DNA of 64,000 nucleotides. Source: Lama glama (Eukaryota). Of this stretch, positions 1 to 12,080 are shown piece after piece. The stretch covers positions 44,270,001-44,334,000 of the forward strand of contig CM052817.1 in assembly GCA_028534125.1 (NCBI GenBank). The letters run 5' to 3'. Made by a program: the position numbers and the translations under genes. Below the pieces are notes generated by a model. It was given only the letters and a program-made list of their open reading frames with translations, ran no database searches and was not told the DNA's origin. Position 1 is the stretch's first letter. Every line of letters starts with the position of its first letter.

Positions 1-549
1 GGAATTCGATAGCAGAACTTCTTCTACCTACATTCACTTGCATTTTACATTGTCCTACTGCCAAACTCATAAATAATTTCACAGCCTGTAAGGAACAGCC
101 ATTAACTGTCATTGGACCTTAACCAAAAAGAAAAACCATCCAACTTCCATTCACTAAATATAGCACATCTTTTTGCAGAGGGATATTTGCATTGGGTACC
201 ACACACTCAAGAATCCCTCCTGCTCTGTCTGCTGTGGGTCCTCGTCACACTGCATTTTGACTTCAGTTCTACTTCTCCCAGTTTGATCAAACCTGTTTAG
301 AAATATCCTGCTAAGGAAACAATTTAAAAGTTTTAATGCTCCCGCAAACAATCTAGACGCTTTCATATCAGAGTTCAAGTTATTGCTTCTGTTTTAAGAA
401 CCAGCAAGCATATTTTCCGCAAAAAGTGCTTTAATTGCTCAAATGTTAAAGCATTCTAAAAGGCATACCGAAGCCAAACCAAACACAAAACTTTACTGAT
501 TTCTTTATTCAAATATAAGAAAAATAAATGAACTATTTCCAATGGAAAT

Positions 550-780
550 CGGATTGCAAATTGGCAGACTTGGCCCACGAACATGTGTCTGTGGCCCACA
601 TGGTATTTTTAAAATATTTGATTTAGCTGCCAACATTTTCAGATGGGGAAATTTCACTTCAAACTCTATATGTCCGTCTTCTCTTGAAAAACTAAAAATT
701 GGCACCACTAGCACCCTCATTTCAACAGCCAGAGTCGAGATGTCACGTGCTTTCCCATTTACAGCAGTTTAACTGAAGAA
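550..780 (+). mobile_element. hAT-Charlie DNA transposon remnant (MER102-like)
   Basis: ttgcaaattggc...ggcccac...tttagctgccaacattt...tcttctcttgaaaaact resembles the remembered MER102 consensus. Confidence 0.55.
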
Positions 781-2959
781 TCTGAGCCTTGTCCCTTTTC
801 GTACTTTTTTCCCCTGAAATAAATGAGCCAAATAATGAAGTTCACCTCGGTCAAAGATGGTCTGATGTACTTCTCTGCCTTATTGTCTTACCGTGGCATA
901 GATAATTTACTCCAGATCTAAGCTGAGGCCTATCAAAGATTGCTATCAAACCATCGCTCATTAACTATTTTAAAGAGAACATGTAAGGCAGACTTCTATT
1001 TCTTATTAATGTTATGGTTCTATCAAGTTTAGGATTTTTCTAACTAATCAAGTGTAAGATTGCTTAATGGAGATCTAGATTATGTGAATTTATTTTCTTT
1101 TTCAAAATGTGTCACTGCTAGATTTAAATTTAGTCTAAAATAAAAGCTTTCCAAAAATCTATCGATATTAAAAAAAAAAAAAACCTGCTACCGATACTAA
1201 TTTTGTGCCCTCCTTACTGAAAATAGTTGCTATATTTTCCTAATCAGGTCATGGTCATTTCAAAGGCCTTAATAGTTTCTTGTCTCTATCCTGCATGAAA
1301 AGGACAGAGCAACTGACTTGACAAAACATTTCCCTGAATCTTCTTGCACTACCATGGATTCAAATATCTCTTGTTAAGTGGAGATAAGAAGGCTTCTTCC
1401 ATGACAGGATTATTTGCAAAAATGGCATAAATCTTGAGTCGTGGCAACACTTACATGTAGGTTGTGAACCAAGTATTCACGATATCCACAAACCATGGAA
1501 TAAAAGCAAACTTGACTAAGCCACAATGCAGATGGTGAGATTACACCTAGCTCTTCCCTCTCCCCCAGGAATGTGGTTAGCAAAAGACCAAAGGAACATA
1601 AAGGGCAGACTCTACTGGACACTTGACCATAGAAGAGGAACAGCATTGTGCTGCAGCTCCAGGCTTGCAGTTGTTCAGAATGCTGCTGAAATGTTTAATA
1701 GCCCCTTTTCTAATGCATATTATCTTTATCCATCAATAGGACAGCTGAGCCAAAGCCTGGGAGAATTTCTGATGATACAAGATCCTTTTACCATCACAAA
1801 TTCATTCCTCTTAAATCCTGAGATCCTAAGTATAGGGCTCCAAATTTAGAATGCACATATTCTGCACTCTATCATAAGGAAGAAAATCATTATTACCCGC
1901 TAAGTTAAACTACAAAAGCACAGCAACAATGCTTGCCTTCTGTTGGGAAGGAAAAATGCGCTTCTAAATATCACTGATGCAAACACTGTTTCCTTTGATG
2001 TGTCCACATGACCAAAACAGGCTTGCCACAAGGGTTTCTCTTATAAACAGAAATACAAAAAAACAAACAGGCATTTCCTATAATACTCTCCACCCAAAAC
2101 AGGCATAAATTCTCAGCTCCAAAGATAAAAATTTCATAAATGACTTCTTTATACTGTGAATTAGAAAAACATTTCCCTCCAACAAGAGTATCTACAAAAC
2201 TGCAAGGAGATTTAGAAGTAACATATCTGCTCTAAAAAGAGAGCATAAGAATCTGCCATTTTAAAAAGTAGGTAGGAGCAACTTAGTGCTGCCAGTTTTA
2301 CCTCCGCCCATCAGTCGGTGTGACTGAAAGCACTGGATTCAGTGTGAGCTCAAACCAAGCTACCACCCCCTGATATCAAGTGTCGTGAGGAGACTGGGCT
2401 TTAAAAAATAAGATCTTTAGCTTGCTTCCCACCTTTTTACAGATCCTATGATTCTATATAGCACTGCTGGCATTCAACTAAGCTCAGTGATAAACTCTGC
2501 ATATGAATGATGTTTAAATGTTAAAGTTACCCATTAAGTCAAAGTTCACTATAAGCTCAGGTAAGTGAGGCCTGGTACAGTGACTGTTCCACCTCTGGGC
2601 TCACGCTTGGCTTCTTCTGATGATGGTGGTGATGAAATATTTCAAGCATACAGAATAGAACACATCTGTATACTCATTACCTATCTTGGTCAAGCCATAA
2701 CTTTTCCTATTCATCTTTGTTTTTTTTTTTTTAAATCACAAATATACCTGAAGATCCCCAAGTACCTCTCCCTGAAAACATTTCCCTCCTTCCCCCAGAT
2801 CACCAGCTTAGCTCTAAAAATGAGATCAGATTGGGCCTGGAATTTACTTCAAAATAATCTGGGGGGTTGTGGGATGGGAGAAAAGAAGCTAGATACAAGG
2901 GGAAATGGATGACGTAGACTAACCTGGGTGACGGGATGGAAGGGTTCATTAGTTTTCTA

Positions 2960-3097
2960 GAGGGGAAGGTATAGCTCAGTGGTAGAGTGCATACCTAGCA
3001 TGCAAGAGGTCCTGGGCTCAATCCCTAGCACCTCCATTAAAAATAAGTAAATAAACCGAATTACCTCTCCCCCTCCAAAAAAAAAATTTTTTTAAAA
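2960..3097 (+). mobile_element. tRNA-Ala-derived SINE (camelid Vic-1-like), long form
   Basis: A box tagctcagtgg, B-box-like gggctcaatccc, tail aataaaccgaattacctctcccc plus A/T run. TSD agttttcta at 2951-2959 and 3098-3106. Confidence 0.9.
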
Positions 3098-3159
3098 AGT
3101 TTTCTAAAATATGAGAGCAATAACAGATTATAAGTACTTCAAGACTCTACTCCTAAAGC

Positions 3160-3370
3160 TTCAGTATTCAATGATTGCCACCAGCCACATGTAGCTATTT
3201 AATCTTAAATGCAAATTAAATATAATTAAACAAGATAAAATATTTAATTCTATAGCTGTACAGACACATTTCAAGTGTTCAAAAGCCACATACAGCTAGT
3301 GGCTTCCATACTGAACAATGCAATGGCAGGACATTTTCCTCATCACACAGCGTTCTATCTGACAACGCTG
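3160..3370 (-). mobile_element. MER3-like hAT-Charlie DNA transposon
   Basis: agccacatgtagctattta...cacatttcaagtgttcaaaagccacatacagctagtggct matches the remembered MER3 internal repeats. Confidence 0.75.
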
Positions 3371-6300
3371 TTCTGCAGCCTAGGGTGGCAGCTCCATTTG
3401 GTAAAAAGAGGGTACAAACCATTAGTCAGAAGACCTGGTCTGAAGATCATCAAACGAGTCCTGATCCATCAAATAGGGACCGAAGGTGTCGGGTCAAGAA
3501 CAGTATCTAATCAAATAACCTCACAAAGTTATTGCAAAGTCAACTTCTACCCACTGAAATCTAATCACAGGAAAAATGTGTGGAATTGCACAACTTCAGT
3601 TAGGACATCACTGCTGTATGTGCAGTGAGTTTTGTGGCAAAGTCATTGTGTAAATTAGCAACAACATTTCAAATGTATATTTAAAGACCAAAAAAAAAAA
3701 TCTGAAAAATGATTCCAGTTTTAGTTTAAGAAATGGAGAAATCACACATTTCAGCTTCCAATTTGTTAAACTTCTCCTCCCACTACTTATATTTTGGAAT
3801 AGAAAAACAACTTTCTACTTTTTTTTTTAACCACTTAATTTTCTCATGGTTGGGATTAAAAATTAAATCAAATTGCTGATGGAAGATTATCCAGGGATAG
3901 GTGGAAGGAATGAATGCAAAAATCCAGGCTAACTACTAAGACTGTGGTCCAAGCTTTTATCTACCTCTAGTGAGAAAATGTCTTCTTCCCAGGCAGAATG
4001 AGTGAATCTTTGAGTAACCCATCCCTTTCCTGTGTGCATGTATCTCCAAGAGAGAATTCAGAAGATCTCTAAAATAACCTCACTTTCCAAACTGAGATTA
4101 TTTTGCTCCCCAAATCATATTTCCCTTTATTCTGGACTAATTTAAGAGAAACCGATGAAATAGGTAAATTTTCTAGTGGCCTTCCAAATCAGGAAAAAAA
4201 AAAACCCCACAAAACACTGATAACATTTACATCAGGTGTAAAAGAAGTTAAATAATGTCAAGTGAGTTAACTCACTCAGAGACATTTGCATCTCAACCCA
4301 GGAAAAACCAGTAATTCTCAACTTTTCCCCATCCATTCATATGTGTTAGAACTCGGGAATGGGGAAGCTGGGAGGAGTGGCTGTTCTTTACAAATCCCCT
4401 CAGTCCAAAGCTATTAGGAGCAAGACTGCAAAGTCTATCTTAAAACACATTTAAATACTAGGATTTTAAAAACAATAGCTAAGCCTAGATATTTTATTTT
4501 TACCTTAAAACATATAAACATACATTCATGCACAAATTTTTTGACAAAGGGTCAAGGTTTTTCCAACATCATGAGTTAGAGAAATTCCAATTAGAGGTGT
4601 CTCTCTAGCACAAAGCTATAGGCATCACCTACGATTTCCAGTTTCTCTCCAGTGGAGCCAGAATTATAAAATCTTTTCAATGCAACCTGAATGCAGACTG
4701 TGAGATTCTTACAATTTTTTTCCTCCTACTTTTTACCATTATCTTAATCATACTAACTTCACAGTTTTATTTTAGCAAAATTCTCGCTTTATCTAAATCT
4801 TTCAAAAAGCATCTAATTTAGAAGCAACTCTTGTTTTTGCACTTACAGTCTCTAAATTTATATAACATTAAATTAAAGTTATACAATTATGATGATTACT
4901 ACAACTGGCATAACCAGGTCTGAAAACAAATAACTGACCTAGTAAGCATGGGTACTGGCTTACTGATCCAGCAGGCATGGTGGGTACAGAAATGCCCGTG
5001 TGTCCTTGAATAGAATACTAGTCCACTAGTCAAAGCGTTTGGCATGCTGTGGGCAGCTGGTATGCTTTGAAGGAGGAATGAAGCATACAAATTAATCTGG
5101 TGGAGATTCTGAAAACAAGCCCTTAGATTCGGATACAATTTTTCAATTCCCTTTGTTGTGTCTTTTTTTTTTTAATCCCTGTTTCAAACCAAGAGAAAAA
5201 ATGTCTAATGGTAGCCCAGGAGGAAAGAAAGATGGGGTTATCTTTCTAGCACTCCTCAAATTACATTATAAAGTGAAAAGAGATGGGAAATGGACCCTAC
5301 TCTTTCTGAATTCTGAACCAAGTTCCTCATGTTCACCATCGAAGAGAAAGAAGAGAGCTAAATAGTAGTCAGAGGAGCCTGGCAAGACCCCCTCCACTGC
5401 CCCAAGTCATGGAAGTTGAGCATTATCAGAGTCTTTTTTCCTCAACTAATTTGCAGGCTTCTTGAGAGCATGAGCCAAATCTTATATTCACGTATTTCCA
5501 AAACCATGGAGCACAAGGCTAGAAATATAGAAGGTCCTCAAATATACAGCTGGTTGATGATAAACCATTATGAATGAGGCTGCTAGTGGCTGAGACACAA
5601 GGTAAAAAGGAGAAACACAACCTGGTGATTCACCCCTGAATTCAAGCCTTATCCCAAGATTTTGAACCTTAGTAACAGGGAACTTCATTTACTAGAAAAG
5701 ATTTTTGGTTCTGGCTTGGTTTGGTGGGATAATGAGAAGGAATAAGATTTTGACCTCTTCACTCATGCATGATGCTAGCCAGGGCTCAATGTTTGTTGAC
5801 TGAATGAACGGGAAATAGGAAAAGCCTTCGAAGAGTAAGAATACAGATTCTTCAAGAAAGAAGATTTGGCAATCTTTAGCAGTACCCCTAACTCCCCAAT
5901 ATACCTATATAAATGTTTGTTACATTAAGTCTCTGAGAGAGTCCTCAACACCCTCAGCTCTGATTGGGTTATAATTTAGACAGGTTCTCTTCAGCTGTAA
6001 AAGCCACCTTTGGAAGGGCAGATAGTGAAACTGAATTAATTATGGGTCATTTCAATGGCTGAAACCTTGTCTTAATTAAATTGATTTTCAGCCTTAGAAT
6101 TTTGGTTTCTGAATGAGACAAATTTGATTACCAGCAACTAAAAGACTTCTTTAGAGGGCTCAATTGTGCGTCAGGATCATCCAACTTCTCCCCAGGGGAG
6201 ACGTGATTAAGAGGTTGACTAAGAATTGCAAAACGCTTTGAAAACAAAGAGGTATGTAATAGACAAATCATTCCAACCAGTGGAGGTATAGTCTTAGATT

Positions 6301-7069
6301 ACCCACCCACACAAAAAGTCAGACCAAATCTCAGAGTGGGAGCAAAGATGACAACTTCGGGGAGAACTGGAGAATGAATCAGTTTGGCTTATGCTGTTTC
6401 CAAGGATCTATACTACAGGATCAGAAACTGTCTCTGGGGTAGGCTCCTACAAAGTGAAGGAGTGATTTAAACAATTATCCTAAGAACTCCCAGGCAGATA
6501 CATAAATTAATCTGGGCCCATAAAATTGCTCAACATTAGTTGACTAAAAGTTGTTTCCAGAATTGTTGCCTCGTTTGTCCAATCTTTGTGGGCAGAGTAA
6601 ACCTCCAAATTTCTCTTTTTCAAAAAGTTTTAAGCTTTTTTTGGCCCAAGTTCACAGTCCATGTACCAAGAACACATCTTCCACCATATACTCCGTATCT
6701 AGTTCCTAGATTATAAAATATGTAACTGACTTGAAACTGATACATTAAACCAGTTACTGAACAAACTAGACACGACACACTTAGAAACATGCCCTTCCAA
6801 ACTGAGAGTGTGACAGTGCCATTCCGAGGAACTAGAATTGAAAATTATAGAAAAGTTTAGGGGGTGCATCCAGCCTTTTTTTTTTTGAGTCCAGTTTTTA
6901 CAGTGGTTTGAAGTCTGTCCTCCAGTAAATAGTAAAAACCTGATAAAAGATCAGTTTGTTCTCAACATACTTTTTTTTAATGTCCAGAGTAATTTGGTAT
7001 GTTTCAAAAGCAACATTCATGCTCCCTCATCTGCATAAGGCAAAAGAAGGGCCACAAACCAGGAAACAA

Positions 7070-7560
7070 GGTGTCTTCACCTAGGTTTCCCCAAAATGCA
7101 GGGGCCTGAGACAAGGCCTTGCATGAATGCAGCTGTTCTGAAAAGTGATCCAGAGGAACAGGAGTGGGACTGGAAATAGTTTCGCCAAGAAAGAGGAAAG
7201 CTATCCTAAAGGGTATACATACGTGTGTGTGGAGAGAGAGAGAGAGAGAGAGAGAGCTAATCATCCCTGTGGGCTGGGGTTCATGTGGACCCTCCCAGGA
7301 GCCATACTGATTGTGCCTCAGAATTGTCCAATTTAGCAATAAAAGAGAGAAATATTATCCACCAGCTACTATCTCCCAGCAGTCAATAGTGGGCCCTTGG
7401 AATAAGACCCTTGGAGATGCAGATATATACATTTGTCAGAATAGCTAAGCAGAACCCAAGCAGCTACAGCAGAGAAGCCTGGGAAAGAAAGCAGGAGAGA
7501 TGAGGTCTACGCCTGCCAGAGGTTAGCACAGCACAGCTGGAATAAACAGGTGGACTGAGA
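7070..7560 (-). mobile_element. ERVL LTR16-like solo LTR remnant with internal (GA)n microsatellite (about 7232-7257)
   Basis: ggtttccccaaaatgcag...cctgagacaagg...gtgatccagaggaacaggag...tgcctcagaattgtcc. Similar to the element at 32845-33280. Confidence 0.6.
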
Positions 7561-7716
7561 GAAGGTGGGCGGGCATGAATCTCATCCAACTGATCCAAAG
7601 GACCAGTTTTCCCTCCTCCAGTCAAGTGTCAGTGGTCTGGCAGTCCCTTCCTTTAATTCTGGAAACATGGCTAAGAATGCAGGAATGTGGTCAAAGCTAT
7701 CAGAACATACTGCTTA

Positions 7717-7861
7717 CAGGAAACTCTGTTCAATATCTTGTAACAACCTTTAATGAAAAAGAATATGAAAATGAATATATGTATGTATATGTATCACTGG
7801 GACATTGTGCTGTATGTCAGAAATTGACACATTGTAATTGACTGTACTTCAGTTAAAAAAA
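7717..7861 (+). mobile_element. 5'-truncated L1 3' end (artiodactyl type)
   Basis: caatatcttgtaacaacctttaatgaaaaagaatatg...A-tail. Perfect 15-bp TSD agaacatactgctta at 7702-7716 and 7862-7876. Confidence 0.9.
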
Positions 7862-8289
7862 AGAACATACTGCTTATGATAATGAGGGTTTTTTTTAAGT
7901 GTTCACAACTATATTTGATCATTCTTCTTTCTTAAAAAAAAGTAACTTAAAGAAAAGGTGGAGGGGCAGGGGGTGGGGGTGGGGACCAGAACATATGCGG
8001 GTGGCACGTAAGCGTCATAGGCATCACTGCTATAGAAATTCAAAGACAGAAAAGTCACCAAAACCTGGTCTGGCAAGTGAAGCGTTCAAGGAGGATTTGA
8101 TCTGTGCCCCAAAGGTGTGCCCTGACTAGAGAAAAGGGAAGAGTGTGTATTTCGGGTGTGTGAGAGAGACAGAGGAGGGGGCAAACGCTCCCCTCCCACT
8201 GGGTGGGGGTGGCAGTTCTGGTGAGAGCCCAGTCTTCAGTATAAAGCTGTCACCACTTTAGTATTCGTGTCCCTTTTATCGAGGACAAG

Positions 8290-8500
8290 TATTTTCTGCA
8301 TCATTTTAAGCACCTGGTGTACTAACTCGTTTAACCCTGCAAACCTTCAAGGAAGATACTGTAATTATTTTACCAATGAGGCATGTGAGGTACACAAGGC
8401 AAGTCACTCACTCAAGGTCACAACTGTTCAATGGCAGAGCTGATACCTTAGAACCTCAGCAGTCTGGCTCCAGTGCCCACACCCTCAATCACAATGCTAC
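8290..8500 (-). mobile_element. MIR SINE
   Basis: caaggtcacaactg...tggcagagctg...cagtctggctccag is the reverse complement of the MIR 5' half. Confidence 0.75.
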
Positions 8501-8504
8501 TACA

Positions 8505-8672
8505 TACGGTCCTCCACCCCTGTCTGTGGGGACCACATCAGCAGCTGATTGAACCGGACTGTGGAGGGCCAACTATGCTAGGCCATTTTATACAAGGGAC
8601 TCGAGCATCTGCAGATTTTGGTATCCACAGGGATCCTGAAACCAATCCCTGTGGATACTGACAGACAACTGC
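8505..8672 (-). mobile_element. MER2-like Tigger DNA transposon fragment
   Basis: ccattttatacaagggactcgagcatctgcagattttggtatccacagggatcctgaaaccaatccctgtggatactga is the reverse complement of the remembered MER2 5' end. Confidence 0.75.
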
Positions 8673-9149
8673 ACCACTACCCTTCAGTAGAGAGAAAACA
8701 AAGCATAGAAAAGAAGGGTGTCATAGACGCTTCTGCATTTAGGAACAGATGGGCTGTGCAAGGACTGATTTGGAAGCATCCTAAGGGAAATCATTCTATC
8801 AAGCAGCTCGAAGTCCTAATGGCCTCAAAACCACTTCCCAAAGAGTACAGTGCCAGAGCTGAAGCCTCCAGAGAGCAGCACAGAAGGTCTTTCAGAAGGT
8901 CACCCCCCATCCCTAGCTGGTGACGATGCTATCGGATGCTCATTGTGAAAGAACAGGAATCGTCACACCCTTCTTCGATTCATTCTGGCTGCTTAACACA
9001 CACACACTGTCTCCTTCTCTCTTCATCCTACCATGTCCAGTTGGAATCAGAGTAGGACAGACAGAGAAAAACCATTACACATGGGGACAATTTTACAAAA
9101 TAATAAAGGCCCTTGGCTCTATAGCAGATTCCCTGACTAGGAAGGTATG

Positions 9150-9578
9150 GTGAACTCTTAACTATTCAACACAGTCACTGCCCCTTCCTAGGGGATGGTT
9201 TACTTCCCCATCTATCAAGCTTGGCCAAGTGACCCACAGAGCCACTCTCTGCAGGAGGATTATCCATCTGTTGAATTCAGAAGTGACCATGTATTTTGGC
9301 CAGTGAAGCCCATGTGGGAGTGACCCATCCAAGAGCTTGAAAAGTCACTTCAGGGTTCAGCATGCCTCTTTTTCCTGCTGCCACCAGACTAGCAAAGTCC
9401 AGAGAGAAGACAGGATGTTCCCTCAACCTGAGTCCTAGAGTCAACTCAGCATGGAGCAGATCTCAGAGGATGGAGCAGACAAGGACCCTGCGTGAGAAGT
9501 AAATCTTTGCTGCGTAAGCCACCAAATCTGGGGACCAATTTGATACTTCAACATAATTTAGTCTAACTGACCCATACA
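9150..9578 (+). mobile_element. MLT1 (MaLR) LTR remnant
   Basis: Typical MLT1 3' end gagaagtaaatctttgctgcgtaagccacc...ctaactgacccataca. Confidence 0.65.
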
Positions 9579-11929
9579 AATGGTAGGTCTGTACGTATGT
9601 TGATCTAAGAGCCATTAGTTCTAAAGCCTAGCTCTCCCACTATCAGATTAGGTAAGCTCTGAAGATTTTCAGTGTCTTCCATCAACCAAGTCCAAGAATC
9701 TGGGATATCCTAAGTTGTGGGTCGGGGTGGATAGCATGTAAAATATTCTAAGAGCTGTGTAGTAAGTACTCATACGTCTTGAAGAATGCACTGAGTGATC
9801 TAGGCTCTTCCCACCTTCCCGGCCTCATGTCTGTCCACTCAACCCCACCCTGAGCGCTGATGTCCCAGTCCCAAACTGGGTTTCCTTAAGGGGCTTGCCT
9901 CACCTCAGAGCTCTGCACATGCTGTTCCCTTGGCCTGGAAGACTTTTCCCCTAGCTGCCGCCCCACTTCTCTTTCCTTGCTAAGTCCTAGTGCTTACTTA
10001 TCCTTCAGAAAAAATTGATGAGAACAGTGGGGACAGCATCTCAAGTACTCACATCATAACCTCAGCACCTGCACAAGGAAAGTATGCAAGAAATAGCTGA
10101 TAAAGCAGATGGATTAGCTAAGAATGACTACTGACATGTTAGGGTGCGAGGGTTGTTTTGTTTCTGAATGTCTAGCCTACCCATACTGCGGTTCTGCTTC
10201 TACAAGAAAAAAATTAGAAAGTAAGAAAATCACAAATTCTTCTCAAAGGAGTGTTTAATTATTAAAAACAGGCACAGCTTATGTTATGTATATTTTCACA
10301 ACAATTTTTAATTTTTAAAGTGTTTTAAAAAAAAAGGGCAGAAAACTTGTCAGATACCAAAGAAGTTCTTTTGGAGCATTGCCCACCTCTCCACCTTAGT
10401 CTGCCCCTCCATCAACACATCACACTCTGTCCCACTTGGACAGAATGCATCCACCCAGCTCTCTTCCTGCATCCTTTGACTTGAGTGATGCACTCACAGT
10501 CACCGGCATGGATCCTGAACAGGTGGCTCTCGTGCCTTAGCTCTGGTCCCCTCAGGAAACAGACTCCTGATGTCTACCTCAGGCCAGGCCTGAGACAACG
10601 CAAATTTGATTTTTAGATCACCAGCAAATTCTTTTTAGAACCCTGTCTGTTTCACCTCAGCCCAAGTCTTGTTTTTTTGTTCAACAGCAGCCACGCTGAC
10701 AGGCTGCCAGCAGGCCTGAGTGGGTAGGAGAGGTATTGTCCAGTTGGAAGGAGTTTTCTGTCACTCTGGATTAAAACACACAAGCTAAAAAAACCAAAGA
10801 GGATATCAATTATATTGCAAAGTAGTTCTCCTTGGGAAAAAGGATAGAAGCTTTAGATCTACTGGGTCTTTGTTTAGATAATGGTTCAGCTTCACTGACC
10901 CTGGTTGAGACAGTCTGTGAAAGACAGTTCCCAATAAATGATAAAATCCAAGAGTAGCTCCAACCCCCACACTCCCCTCTAGCCAAGTTTAAGGTCCCAG
11001 AAAGAGAAACACAGGCACAGAGAACTCTGATTATAGCCTGCCCCACAGGGAGTCTAAACCCGAAGATCCTTCTCAGCTGTGGCATCACCAGTAGGGATAA
11101 GCACTGAGTCTTTCGGTAATCAGTCAAAGCAGGCCACCCAAATCACGCATTCCTTTGTCTGCACACAGACATAGGGTAGCCCCTGTGAAAGCACTAAGCT
11201 TCTGTTCCCTCCATTGTATGAATGTCCAAGTAGTCAGACAGGGTCCACCCAGGCACACAGTTTGGTTTCTTAGTAGCAGTTTATATGAGATGGATTATGC
11301 TTGCTGGATGAAAATAACTACCAGTCTAAGAACTGTCATATCAGGGTGGTGGGATATGGCTAGTTTTAGTCTTTTAATCAATTCCTTGGGTCAACTTTTC
11401 ATTGTGATGTAAACACATCATTTTTAAAGAAGGTATTCTAAAAGATAAAAAAAATCTACAGTTCTCAAAAGATTTAAAAAGGAGGAATTACTGCACCTCA
11501 AACACTTCTTGCATTCCTTAATAACTGCTTATAGAGCCTCAATGTGTATAATTTATATCACTGACTAAAGAGTTTTAATTTTTAAAAACAGCCCCCTGGA
11601 TGGCAGCCCTTTATCACTGAGAGAGCCATTCTCTGGACATTTTTCAGCTCCATTAATCTTTCTCCAGGTCCAGCAGCCAGAGGTCTCCATGTGGGGGCCA
11701 TATCCTCAAGTCACAGAAATGGCAATTTTATAACAAGGGAAAATAACACTTCATTGTCAGTCCCTACTCTCCTTCCTGCTGAAGACAGACTTTAGACAGT
11801 TCTTTAGGAACTGCCTGTAATGATCCTCAAACAGATAGGATCCTTTACCTGCATCATAACCACTGAGTCAGCAATAGGCACATAATTTCCTTTCTCCCTA
11901 AATGGCTTATACATACTCCACCGAAATTT

Positions 11930-12080
11930 GTCACTGTGATACATACGGACACTAAATCTCTCAGACATTAAAAGCTCCAGGTAAGAAGGAGTTCTGTGTT
12001 GCCCACTACTGTGTCCCTGACACCAAGAACAGTACCTGGGCACACAGGAGGTGTCAATAAAGAGTGTTAAATGAGCTCGA
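11930..12080 (+). mobile_element. L2 3' end
   Basis: aagctccaggtaag...actgtgtccctg...aacagtacctgggcacacaggaggtgtcaataaa. Confidence 0.65.

Noticed and set aside
886..895. Minus-strand donor-like G/GTAAG in SEPTIN11 intron 1
   Set aside because: No convincing paired acceptor or septin-like reading frame. Such motifs are common in long introns.
7963..7984. G4-forming runs here and at 39760-39785
   Set aside because: Real motifs, but far from promoters and splice sites and with no sign of function.
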